From Candidatus Woesearchaeota archaeon (lineage in GTDB: Archaea; Nanobdellota; Nanobdellia; SCGC-AAA011-G17; ARS1403), in NCBI GenBank assembly GCA_016188065.1, contig JACPIN010000021.1:1954-65953 (forward strand): 64,000 bases of DNA. The letters run 5' to 3'. Below are positions 27,379 through 36,355 of this stretch, one piece after another (position 1 is the first letter of the stretch; each line of letters opens with the position of its first letter). Below the pieces are notes generated by a model. It did not search any database and was not told where the DNA came from. It saw only the letters and a program-made list of their open reading frames with translations. A program made the translations under genes and the position numbers.

Positions 27379-27398
27379 ACCTTTTAAATTTTCTGCTT

Positions 27399-27857
27399 TC
27401 ATTTCTTTAACCTATTAATATTTAGCCAATTATCTAATACTAAGCTTAGTGAATACTCAACAGTTCTCCTCTTTAATTGACTTTCTTTTAAGACTTTGAT
27501 ATTATCTCCATCTATAATCTCAATAAATTTCCCAAAGGCGGAATATTGTTTATCATCAATAGATAAGAGAATAATGCAGTTAGAATGCTTTTTAATGAAC
27601 TCGCCAACATCCATAAATATACTTATGTTATCTCTTATATTTCTTATTTTTCCTTTTATAAAATATTGCTGAAGTTTTTCTTTTTTGAAGGTATTTCTGA
27701 CGTTTTTTATATACAAACTTTTATTTCTTGCTTCCCGATAATGCCTGAATTTTTTTGTTTTAGATAACAACTCTTTTATTTTTCCCTTATGAATAATGTT
27801 ATAACCAATTAAGTTCTCTGAAAAATCAATAAAAATATAGTAATCAAATTCCTTCAT
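27399..27857 (-). CDS. hypothetical protein
   Basis: ORF only, 152 aa. Confidence 0.5.
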   Translation of the reverse strand: MKEFDYYIFIDFSENLIGYNIIHKGKIKELLSKTKKFRHYREARNKSLYIKNVRNTFKKEKLQQYFIKGKIRNIRDNISIFMDVGEFIKKHSNCIILLSIDDKQYSAFGKFIEIIDGDNIKVLKESQLKRRTVEYSLSLVLDNWLNINRLKK

Positions 27858-28009
27858 TTCTTAGCCAACTCCCCTGACCTATCAAACCATGGCAGATCTT
27901 TTATATTTATTACACAAGTAAAAATCAACTAATATATAAATCAAATCACGGCAATCATCTTTAAATCTCAATAAATATTAAATATTATCAAATAAATCTA
28001 TAAAATGTT

Positions 28010-28092
28010 TTTTTCCTTTGGACACGATTTCTTTTTCCTAAAAAGAAAGTGTGAGAGGAAAGGCAAATGGAAAACTTCGTTGTCCATCAGCG
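28010..28092 (+). repeat. copy 1 of an ~80-nt conserved structured element (inverted copy at 54571..54653), upstream of rps8e
   Basis: Near-identical to the reverse complement of 54571-54653; contains an A/U hairpin, a GAGAGGAAAGG tract and an ATG. Confidence 0.75.
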
Positions 28093-28140
28093 CCAGCGCC
28101 ACCATAAGTTTTATAAGCATCTCTTTTTGTGTTTTATTTT

Positions 28141-28512
28141 ATGAAGAGCCAACTCAGATCAAGAAGGAAGGCTAGCGGCGGGAGATACAAGGCAATCAGA
28201 AAGAAAAAGTTGAGAGAGCTTGGAAGGGATCCGCTTTATACTTCAATAGGGAAGAAGAAAGTTAATCTCTATAGGGGTGCTGGCGGGAACATTAAAAGAA
28301 GTTTAGTTGTGGCTGATGAAGCTAATATCTTTGACGGCAGCAAACACAAGAAGGTCAAGATTTTAAGCGTTATCGGAAATAGTGCCAACAGGCATTTTGT
28401 CAGAAGGAATGTTTTGACTAAGGGTGCTGTCATTAAAACCGAGATAGGCGATGCTAAAGTTGTTAACAGACCTGGGCAAGAAGGGCAAATAAATGCAGTT
28501 TTGATCAGATAA
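28141..28512 (+). CDS. rps8e: 30S ribosomal protein S8e
   Basis: 'RSRRKASGGRYKAIRKKKLRELGRDP...'; ATG at 28141 preferred over the GTG at 28129. Confidence 0.9.
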   Translation: MKSQLRSRRKASGGRYKAIRKKKLRELGRDPLYTSIGKKKVNLYRGAGGNIKRSLVVADEANIFDGSKHKKVKILSVIGNSANRHFVRRNVLTKGAVIKTEIGDAKVVNRPGQEGQINAVLIR

Positions 28513-28619
28513 TTATCATCTAATTGTAGTGAATTAAAATTTGCAGGAATAGCAATGTTTATATACCACTTTTTCTCTGTGTTTATAAAGTTTGTTATGT
28601 TTGAATAGGGGGTTTGTAT

Positions 28620-29543
28620 ATGGCTATAAGCTATGTTAAAAAATGTCCTGAATGTGGGGGCATTAATCTTGTTCTTGACAAAGAGAGGGGGGAAGTTCAT
28701 TGCAGAGATTGCGGTCTAGTAATTGAAGAAAAGATGGTGGACTTTGGCCAGGAATGGAGAGAGTTTGACCATGAGCAAGCCACTTCTAGAAGAAGAACTG
28801 GCGGGCCTATGACCTATACAAAATTTGATAGGGGCCTTGGTACTGATGTTGGGAAGAAAAGTGATATTTATCAATTAGGCGGAAAAGAGAGAAATAGATT
28901 TTTCAGGTTAAGAAAGTGGCAATACCGGATTTCTACCGCTATTGAAAGAAATTTGAAATTAGCTCTTGCCGAGTTGAAAAGAGTTTCTAGTTATTTAAAA
29001 CTGCCTAAAGCTGTTGAAGAGGAATCCGCTAGAATTTACACTCTTGCTGTGCAGAGAGGGCTAGTAAGAGGAAGAAGCATGGAAAGTGTTGTTGCTGGCG
29101 CTTTGTATGCTGCATGCAGGAGACACGAAGTTCCTAGAACCTTGGATGAATTAAGCGAGGCGTCTGGCATAGATAAAAAAGAGATTGGAAGAACTTATAG
29201 ATTTGTTACAAGAGAATTAGGGATTAGGATTTTGCCAAGCAATCCTGTTGACTATTTAGCTAGATTTGCGTCTGCTCTTAAATTAAATGCTGAGACTCAA
29301 TCGAGAGCTGTTGAAATACTTGAGAAAGCGCAGAATTCTGAGCTGACTTCTGGAAGGGGCCCTACTGGAATTGCTGCTGCTTCTTTGTATGTCGCTGCTT
29401 TAATGAACAATGAAAAAAGGACGCAGAGAGAGGTTGCCGACGTTGCAGGCGTCACTGAAGTTACAATCAGAAACAGATACAAGGAATTGCTAAAGAAATT
29501 AAAATTGGATGAGAAAGTAAAGAAGAAAGTTGGAAGGGGATAA
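28620..29543 (+). CDS. tfb: transcription initiation factor IIB (TFB)
   Basis: Zn ribbon 'CPECGG...HCRDCGLV', B-finger, two cyclin repeats ('GRSMESVVAGALYAACR', 'GRGPTGIAAASLYVAAL'). Confidence 0.92.
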   Translation: MAISYVKKCPECGGINLVLDKERGEVHCRDCGLVIEEKMVDFGQEWREFDHEQATSRRRTGGPMTYTKFDRGLGTDVGKKSDIYQLGGKERNRFFRLRKWQYRISTAIERNLKLALAELKRVSSYLKLPKAVEEESARIYTLAVQRGLVRGRSMESVVAGALYAACRRHEVPRTLDELSEASGIDKKEIGRTYRFVTRELGIRILPSNPVDYLARFASALKLNAETQSRAVEILEKAQNSELTSGRGPTGIAAASLYVAALMNNEKRTQREVADVAGVTEVTIRNRYKELLKKLKLDEKVKKKVGRG

Positions 29544-29544
29544 G

Positions 29545-29730
29545 ATGGAAGGAAATTATAAAGATGAAAGAGAACCAACAATTTTGGGTGTTCCATATTC
29601 TGAACTTGAAGGAGAATTGAGAAATGCATATGTGGAATTAGAAAGAATTAAAGACCCTATTGAAAGGGAATGTGTTGAGTTGTTAATTCATTTAGCCGAA
29701 AAAAGATATCATAACAGATTTTTTGATTGA
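29545..29730 (+). CDS. hypothetical small protein
   Basis: ORF; ATG immediately after the tfb stop. Confidence 0.4.
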   Translation: MEGNYKDEREPTILGVPYSELEGELRNAYVELERIKDPIERECVELLIHLAEKRYHNRFFD

Positions 29731-29740
29731 ATTTTTTAAG

Positions 29741-30094
29741 ATGGAAGAAAACTACTGCTTTCTGACGAGAGAGGAAGTTCGCAATGGGATCTATATTAAT
29801 TATGATGCCCTGTTTGTTGTTCAGGCCGGAAACAAATGCGGAGAAAACCCTTGGATGAGAAGAGTTAGATCATATGCTGAAGAAATTGGAGGGCATTATG
29901 TAGTTGTTAGAGAAGATGAGCTCAAAACAAATACTGAAACAACATCTAATTTTTCTATTCTGGGTGTTGAGCATGAAAAAATAGTTGCTGAGGGCTTATG
30001 CTTAGATGAATGCAGGAAACTGGCTGCAAAAATTGCTGATCCACTGGGATGCGGTGTCAAAGACTTTACTATAGAAAAAACTGTTCAGTCTTAA
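29741..30094 (+). CDS. hypothetical protein
   Basis: ORF only. Confidence 0.45.
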   Translation: MEENYCFLTREEVRNGIYINYDALFVVQAGNKCGENPWMRRVRSYAEEIGGHYVVVREDELKTNTETTSNFSILGVEHEKIVAEGLCLDECRKLAAKIADPLGCGVKDFTIEKTVQS

Positions 30095-30105
30095 TTACTT
30101 TTAAA

Positions 30106-30477
30106 ATGGGAAAGATTTCTGACGCGATTAAAAGAGGAAGGATAGAGGGAAATCCTAATTATGAGAAGTGCGGCAGCGAGCCGATTATCATTAAGACCAA
30201 GAAGATTATCGACGTTGAAGAGTGGAAAGATTATCTTGACCTTGATCCTAATGGCTATTTCTTATTTGAAGTTGAAGATGAATGGATTTATGCAGGATTA
30301 GTGAATGATGACAATGAGATGACTTTGATCTTAAGAGGGAAAAGCGCAATTGACATGTTTAAGGGTATAATAAATAAAAAATTGGTGAGTTCATTAGATC
30401 ATGCTGCCTATATTGGATATGAATTAGGGAAGTGCGAAGAGGCTTTGAAGAAAAATAAAAAATATATTCAGGATTAA
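30106..30477 (+). CDS. hypothetical protein (DUF4346-like, from memory)
   Basis: 'DLDPNGYFLF...HAAYIGYELGKCEEAL...YIQD'. Confidence 0.45.
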   Translation: MGKISDAIKRGRIEGNPNYEKCGSEPIIIKTKKIIDVEEWKDYLDLDPNGYFLFEVEDEWIYAGLVNDDNEMTLILRGKSAIDMFKGIINKKLVSSLDHAAYIGYELGKCEEALKKNKKYIQD

Positions 30478-31364
30478 ACATTTATTTGCATGAAATCCTC
30501 TGCCAGAATCGTGTTCTTGAAAACCTTTTTTGCTTCCATCTCCAATTGGTCAATATCATTATAGCGCTGTGAGAAATGTGTTAAGATTAATTTCTTTGCA
30601 TTTGCCTGCTTTGCCATCTTTGCTGCTATCTCTGCCGTGAGATGCTTTCTTTTCATCACGAACTTTTCAAGGTCTTTGCTCCATGTAGATTCTGCTATCA
30701 ATATGTCTGAATTTTTTGCTATCTTAACTGCGCTATTTGCTGGTGCTGTGTCCATGATTATTGTAATTTTTTTCCCGGGAATTACATTTGTTGCTTTGCT
30801 TGCCAGGATTTTTTTCCCTTTGTAGACTATGTTTTTCCCCTTCTGCAAGTCTCCTAATAGCGGATGCTGTGTTAAATCAAATTTTTTCAGATAATTCAAA
30901 TTAATTTTTCTCCTGTCCTTTTCTTTGAATGAGTATGCCAAGCAAGGAATGATATGATTTAACTGAGCTGCTTCCAATGTGAAACTGTTTTTATAAAAAA
31001 TTCCAGATGATAATTCTTTTACCTCATACTTTATTCTTTCCTGCATAACAATTCCAGATAATAAACTTTTCAGATATTTCTTTGAGCCTTTTGGGCCGTA
31101 GATTTCCAATGTGCTTTTATAATTGTGAGCTGCTAAATTCTGTATTAATCCCGGGATTCCTAGAGTGTGATCGCCATGCCAGTGTGTGATTAGTAATTTT
31201 GTAATCTTGCCTGGTTTTATTCCTGCTATTCTTAACTGGCGCTGGGTTCCTTCGCCGCAATCTATTAATATCCCTTGATCCTTGTAACTAATTAGAATAG
31301 AACTATGGTTTCTTTCTTTTGTAGGAATCATTGCAGATGTCCCTAGGAAAGTTATAGTTATCAT
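30474..31364 (-). CDS. rnz: ribonuclease Z (tRNA 3' endonuclease, metallo-beta-lactamase fold)
   Basis: 'ITHWHGDHTLGIPGL' HxHxDH motif; 296 aa. Confidence 0.85.
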   Translation of the reverse strand: MITITFLGTSAMIPTKERNHSSILISYKDQGILIDCGEGTQRQLRIAGIKPGKITKLLITHWHGDHTLGIPGLIQNLAAHNYKSTLEIYGPKGSKKYLKSLLSGIVMQERIKYEVKELSSGIFYKNSFTLEAAQLNHIIPCLAYSFKEKDRRKINLNYLKKFDLTQHPLLGDLQKGKNIVYKGKKILASKATNVIPGKKITIIMDTAPANSAVKIAKNSDILIAESTWSKDLEKFVMKRKHLTAEIAAKMAKQANAKKLILTHFSQRYNDIDQLEMEAKKVFKNTILAEDFMQINV

Positions 31365-31415
31365 GAACTATATGTTGCCGAAAGGGTTTTAAATACCTTT
31401 TCATGAAATTATTTT

Positions 31416-31991
31416 ATGAGTAAGAAGCAAAAGAAGACTGGAGAGATTAAGGATGAAGAGACTAGCATAAAGAAATTCAAGGCTGTTTTTTCTAAGGAAA
31501 GAGTCCTGGCTGATAAATCTGACGAGGCTGTCGATCTATATAATAAAAGCAGGTATGGAGAATATGTCGAGGATAAAATACAATATTCTTTAGTTGAGGC
31601 TCTGCACTTGCTTGAAAGAAAAAGAGCCATGCTTAAAGATGCCAAGGGAAAGAATATCAAGATAGATGTGTTTAGAAAGATATGCGAGAAGCTTGAGAAG
31701 AATTTCTGGATTAGATACTGCGTTTTTAGAGATTTGAGGCAGAGAGGATATATTGTTAAAACTGCCTTGAAATTTGGAGCTGACTTTAGGGTTTATGACA
31801 AAGGAATTAAACCTGGTGATGATCATGCTAAGTGGATTGTTTACCCTTTACATGAGACTGAGACTTTGACTTTGTACGAGTTTTCTGCCAAGAATAGAGT
31901 TGCACATAGCACTAGGAAAACATTATTGCTTGCGGTTGTCGACGATGAAGGCGACGTAAGCTACTGGAATTCAAGCTGGGTGAAGCCGTAA
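31416..31991 (+). CDS. endA: tRNA-splicing endonuclease, single ~190-aa catalytic subunit
   Basis: 'KFGADFRVYD', 'DHAKWIV', 'AHSTRKTLLLAVVD' (Tyr/His/Lys catalytic residues). Confidence 0.85.
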   Translation: MSKKQKKTGEIKDEETSIKKFKAVFSKERVLADKSDEAVDLYNKSRYGEYVEDKIQYSLVEALHLLERKRAMLKDAKGKNIKIDVFRKICEKLEKNFWIRYCVFRDLRQRGYIVKTALKFGADFRVYDKGIKPGDDHAKWIVYPLHETETLTLYEFSAKNRVAHSTRKTLLLAVVDDEGDVSYWNSSWVKP

Positions 31992-32049
31992 GGTTTATAT
32001 AATCGTTATGATGTACTATAATATATTTGATGTACTATAGTGAAATTTA

Positions 32050-32307
32050 ATGACTGAACTTATAGTTTATGAAAAAAGAGTATTGTCTAAGAATGATTTT
32101 ATTGAAATTAAAGCTTGGAAATTTCCTGTAAGTGAGGATTTTCCAAATGGAGTGAAATATTCATTTGCTTATATCCGTTATGGAAAAAGAGTTTTTGGAT
32201 ATGATAATGAAAGAGGGAAAGGACACCACAGACATTTCGAAGATAAGGAAGAGGAAATAGAATTTGAAGGCTATGAAAATTGCTTGAGAAGTTTAGAAAT
32301 GAAGTAA
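32050..32307 (+). CDS. putative toxin (TumE/DUF6516-like, from memory)
   Basis: 'FGYDNERGKGHHRHFEDKEEEIEF'. Confidence 0.5.
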   Translation: MTELIVYEKRVLSKNDFIEIKAWKFPVSEDFPNGVKYSFAYIRYGKRVFGYDNERGKGHHRHFEDKEEEIEFEGYENCLRSLEMK

Positions 32308-32316
32308 AAGAACTAT

Positions 32317-32733
32317 TTGGAAAATATGAGGAGAAGGAAAATGAATAACGGAAATAAATTGGAAGTAGATAGTATACATATTGAAGTTAAACCTTTTGAT
32401 GAAAGCATAAAAGAAATTGCTAATGTTTTAAGGAATGCTTCTGAAGGAAAGCCGTTTAAAAAGATAAGAAGAGTTGCTTTTGAAGACATTGAAACATTGA
32501 GAAGTATTTTGACTCCGCAAAGGATAAAACTTATGCATTCAATAAGGGTAAAGCATCCTGAAAGCATTTATGAATTAGCAAAGATGACAGATAGAAAATG
32601 GAGGGCTGTTGCAAACGATATTGAAATATTAAGCAATGTTGGACTAGTAAAATTAGTGAGAAAAGAAAAGCCTAAAGAGATTATTAAGCCTATTGTCAAT
32701 TTCAGCAAGATGAATATAAGTGTTTCAGTATGA
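32317..32733 (+). CDS. HTH transcriptional regulator, putative cognate antitoxin
   Basis: 'LTPQRIKLMHSIRVKHPESIYELAKMTDRKWRAVANDIEILSNVGLV' wHTH. Confidence 0.5.
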   Translation: MENMRRRKMNNGNKLEVDSIHIEVKPFDESIKEIANVLRNASEGKPFKKIRRVAFEDIETLRSILTPQRIKLMHSIRVKHPESIYELAKMTDRKWRAVANDIEILSNVGLVKLVRKEKPKEIIKPIVNFSKMNISVSV

Positions 32734-32763
32734 TTTAAATATCTGTTTGTGTTTTATTTTGCT

Positions 32764-35700
32764 ATGCTTAAAAGAGGCGTTTGGATTATTTTGTTTGTTT
32801 TGTTAAGCAGTTCTGTTTTAGCTTTGAGAGGTGATTTTGATGATAATGGATGTGTTAATCTTGAAGATTTTTTCTTGTTTGTAGATAATTTTCAGAAAGA
32901 AGTGAATAAAGATAATGAGAAATTTGACTTGGATGGAAACAAGAAAATAGATGTGGAGGATTTTTTTATTTTTGCTGAGGATTGGGATAAATGTGGTGAA
33001 GACGAAAATTTACTGATAGACCTTGGTTCTGAGCATGAAACATTTAACTTCTTAAAGAAGGACAGTACAGCTTTTATTTTAGGCGTACCAGTGACTTTAA
33101 ATGAGATTGATTTGTCAGAAAGAAAATATAATCTCTCTATAGACAATAAATCTTTTGATAATTTGGAAATCGGGAGGAAAATACAATTAGAGGATTTTAC
33201 CATCACAATTGAAGACTTTTTTGAAACTGAGATGTATTATCGCCTTAGAATAAATAATCCATTGATAAAAACTTTTGATTCTTTGGGTGTGGAATATGAC
33301 TTTTATGGTGGAATTTTAGGGAGTTCTACGTTAGTAGTGAATAGACGCGGAGAAATCATAAAAGATGACAGTGAACATTTCCCACAACTTAATGATTTCT
33401 ACAAATATAAAAATATCTTTTGGATTGTTTCAGAAAAAGATCTATTTGATGAACAAGAGCTAAAAAAATTTGCTTTGTATTTAGAACATGGAGGTAACCT
33501 TTTTATCTTTTTTGAAAGAGCATTGCCTATGTCAAATGAGGATTGGAAAAAATTATCTTTTTTACCTGATGTAAGTTTTTCTGATAATAGGGGAAAGATA
33601 TTTTCTATTATTCCTGGTGGGCAAATTGACCTTGTTAGGGGACTATATCTGCTTGAATTTAGTAAAGGTGAAGGCTTGGAAATTGTTGCATTTGGTGTAG
33701 GTCCTTTTGACTTGAGTAGGGAACAATATGATAATTTAAGCAAGGAGGAGTTATACTCTGGGGAAGTCTTAAGAGCTGATTATTTCGGTTCTTTAGTCTA
33801 TGCAGATATGTTTGGTGGATCTAAGGTCTTGATCAGCAGTTTAAATTTTGACAGAAGGATTCCTTTAGATTTTTCAAAACAACTTTTTAAAAACATTTTT
33901 GAATGGACGAAATCTCCAATTGAGATTTGTTCTGATCATATTGATAATAATGGAAATAAATTAGTCGATTGCAATGACATCGGTTGTTTTGCAAGTGATC
34001 AATGCAAATCCTGTATAGAAAAAGGTCTTTTTGAAAACGATTGTTCATTATTTTCTACCCCTATGATGTGCCAGAATCTTACAATGGTTCCTAACTGTCA
34101 GAAATGTGGCTGTTTGGGAGGACTTGCTTGCAGGGAGGATGGTCAGTGTGAAAGAATAAGTCCTGGGCCTGTTTTTAAAAACTTTACGTTCAGAAATAAT
34201 TATTTTATTAATGAATTCGCTTCGGATATTTTTCTTAGATTTGAAGTTATAGAGCCAGATAAGTTAAATAATGAAAAAGGGATTGCGGTACTTAGGGATG
34301 AGCAAGGCCATTTAAAAAAACTAAGCAATGACATTTATTGTAACAAAGAGAATCTTTTTTCTTCAGTTTATGTATGTAGCTTAGTTATTGAAAGAGATAC
34401 TATTTCCAAATCAGGAAAATATTCTATGAAGATTTCTTTAACTAATAAAGATGGTGTAGCGGCTGTAAGTGAATGGTTTGATTTTGAAGTGTTAGATCTC
34501 CCAAAATGCCAGGCTATCAATGATGCAATAGGTGTTAAACCAGAGAAAAATGCAGTTAAAGTAGCTTTTTATGCTGACAACTACGAAGACTTTGATAGTT
34601 TTAAGAATAGGGTGACAAACATCACTAGTAAAATGTTTAAGAAACATGAAATTTATAATAGTTATAAAGATAAATTTGATTTCTATGTTTCAGAATATCT
34701 TGAGAAAAATAACTGTGAAACTTACGTGAATAGGGATACCTATTTAAGATGTAATGATCTTTTTAATTCTTTATTTTATAGTCGAAGTTGTAAAGAAGAT
34801 GTTGGAGTTGTTTTTAGTAAAAGGGACTTTAGAAGCAATTCTGCTATTCATCTTAGTGTTCCTCCAGATAATATTTATGTTTTTGGTTCAGAAGTTGAGA
34901 AGGTTCTTGCTCATGAATTGGGACATAATCCCATAGGTTTAGGTGATGCTTATTGTGAAAATAAGAGATATACCACTCCTACACCATATCCGAATACATT
35001 TGAAACTTTAAAAAAATGCGAGGAGTATTCTAAGACACATTTAGGTAGTAGGGATTGTGTTCAGATTTGTGAAGGAGACTCTGATTATAATATTGAACAA
35101 GGAGGTTATAAAATGAACCACACCGGGCCAATTATGATGATCTATGGTGGTGATTTCAATCTTGTTGAACAAATGAGAGTCAACTGGTTTTTTGATTGTT
35201 GTAGCCCTAACTCTTGCAGTGAGCTTCCTAAATATTGTTTTAGTAATATTTGTGGTAGTTGTCCATCTAAAGAATATGATCTCGATGAGAGTGCTTTGCC
35301 TCCTTGTGCAGAGGTTGTTTGTAAGGCAGCCAAAACTGATGAGGATATAGATGAAGATGGAAGTCCAAGAAAATTAGATTGCGGTATTAACGATTATGCA
35401 GTCCATCCAGGAAAACCTGTTGTTCCATTTATAGATGTGGAAAATAGGTTAAGCGAGAGCTGTGCTAAGACTGATTATAATTGCGATGGTAACATAGAGG
35501 AGCAATGCCATTTTACTCCTGAGTGTCCTGATTTATATAGAAGTAAATGTATGAATGATCGTGAATATATTGTTGAAACAGCTGTAACAAAAGAGAAATG
35601 TTGCGGTGGTTGTAGCGGAGAAATAGATGAATGGAAGGTTGTTCGAAAGGAAAGTTGCGATGATGGAGAGGTTTGTAGAGAAGTGACAGAAAAGAATGGA

Positions 35701-35805
35701 GGAGTATTTGCTAAGTGCAAAGGTAATTTTGAAGGATCCACAACGGAAACAAGACCTGTTATACCTACTGCTGCTACAAATGAGACGGGAGGAGGCGGAA
35801 AGTAA
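32764..35805 (+). CDS. large secreted Cys-rich protein: N-terminal dockerin-like EF-hand pair plus M64-like zinc metalloprotease module
   Basis: Signal peptide; 'GDFDDNGCVNLEDFFLFVDNF' and 'FDLDGNKKIDVEDFFIFAEDW'; 'LAHELGHNPIGLGDAY'. Confidence 0.7.
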   Translation: MLKRGVWIILFVLLSSSVLALRGDFDDNGCVNLEDFFLFVDNFQKEVNKDNEKFDLDGNKKIDVEDFFIFAEDWDKCGEDENLLIDLGSEHETFNFLKKDSTAFILGVPVTLNEIDLSERKYNLSIDNKSFDNLEIGRKIQLEDFTITIEDFFETEMYYRLRINNPLIKTFDSLGVEYDFYGGILGSSTLVVNRRGEIIKDDSEHFPQLNDFYKYKNIFWIVSEKDLFDEQELKKFALYLEHGGNLFIFFERALPMSNEDWKKLSFLPDVSFSDNRGKIFSIIPGGQIDLVRGLYLLEFSKGEGLEIVAFGVGPFDLSREQYDNLSKEELYSGEVLRADYFGSLVYADMFGGSKVLISSLNFDRRIPLDFSKQLFKNIFEWTKSPIEICSDHIDNNGNKLVDCNDIGCFASDQCKSCIEKGLFENDCSLFSTPMMCQNLTMVPNCQKCGCLGGLACREDGQCERISPGPVFKNFTFRNNYFINEFASDIFLRFEVIEPDKLNNEKGIAVLRDEQGHLKKLSNDIYCNKENLFSSVYVCSLVIERDTISKSGKYSMKISLTNKDGVAAVSEWFDFEVLDLPKCQAINDAIGVKPEKNAVKVAFYADNYEDFDSFKNRVTNITSKMFKKHEIYNSYKDKFDFYVSEYLEKNNCETYVNRDTYLRCNDLFNSLFYSRSCKEDVGVVFSKRDFRSNSAIHLSVPPDNIYVFGSEVEKVLAHELGHNPIGLGDAYCENKRYTTPTPYPNTFETLKKCEEYSKTHLGSRDCVQICEGDSDYNIEQGGYKMNHTGPIMMIYGGDFNLVEQMRVNWFFDCCSPNSCSELPKYCFSNICGSCPSKEYDLDESALPPCAEVVCKAAKTDEDIDEDGSPRKLDCGINDYAVHPGKPVVPFIDVENRLSESCAKTDYNCDGNIEEQCHFTPECPDLYRSKCMNDREYIVETAVTKEKCCGGCSGEIDEWKVVRKESCDDGEVCREVTEKNGGVFAKCKGNFEGSTTETRPVIPTAATNETGGGGK

Positions 35806-36326
35806 TGATTAAAACAAGGATTATATTATGTCTTCTGTTTGTATTTTTTGCTGTTTCTGTTTTAGCTAAAGGGTCCTTACCTGTTTATATAGTGAGCTTA
35901 ACTTTGCATGATGATTCTAGCATAATTTTGGATAAAATTTATTTATCAAATGTTTTTAAGGAGAGAGATTTTTTGGATGGGCCATTTATTTTGAGGGTTG
36001 TTTCTATTGATGGCAATACATTATATATTGATAGATTCGATTTTGAAGGCATTGCTCCTCCAAGAGAATGGTTTGATGAAAATGGCAAACAGATTGTTTT
36101 TCCTAAGAAATTGACCAAGCCAACAAAGGAATTAGTATCGCAGCCTATTAGTAAAGTTATCCTTACCCTTCCTTATTTTAAAGAAGGAAAGGAGATACAA
36201 ATTTACAATCCTAATGGTGAAAATGCCTTAAATATAGACTTAAGCCTTTATTGTAAAGGAGAGGGGTGTTTGAGAAAAGGTTCTTTATTTAATAGAGTTG
36301 TTAGATGGTTTGGTAACTTTTTTTAA
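35805..36326 (+). CDS. secreted hypothetical protein
   Basis: Signal peptide 'IILCLLFVFFAVSVLAKG'; start overlaps the upstream stop. Confidence 0.5.
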   Translation: MIKTRIILCLLFVFFAVSVLAKGSLPVYIVSLTLHDDSSIILDKIYLSNVFKERDFLDGPFILRVVSIDGNTLYIDRFDFEGIAPPREWFDENGKQIVFPKKLTKPTKELVSQPISKVILTLPYFKEGKEIQIYNPNGENALNIDLSLYCKGEGCLRKGSLFNRVVRWFGNFF

Positions 36327-36355
36327 TATCTTGAAGCTATAAATTTTTATAAACT
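36324..36355. repeat. left copy of a 32-nt direct repeat (30/32 identical) flanking a TA cassette
   Basis: 'taatatcttgaagctataaatttttataaact' versus 37165-37196 'taatatctcaaagctataaatttttataaact'. Confidence 0.85.

Noticed and set aside
27205-27390. RNase P RNA or SRP RNA in the LSm-downstream spacer
   Set aside because: The P4-like 'GGAAGCC' and 'CAGAAAACCG' strings are only ~35 nt apart and not complementary. No SRP helix-8 'GGAA...AGCA' motif was found on either strand.
28123-28140. 14-nt identity 'ttgtgttttatttt' immediately upstream of both rps8e (28126-28139) and the M64-like gene (32746-32759)
   Set aside because: It is a short T-rich match in an AT-rich genome, and I cannot distinguish it from chance without a background model.
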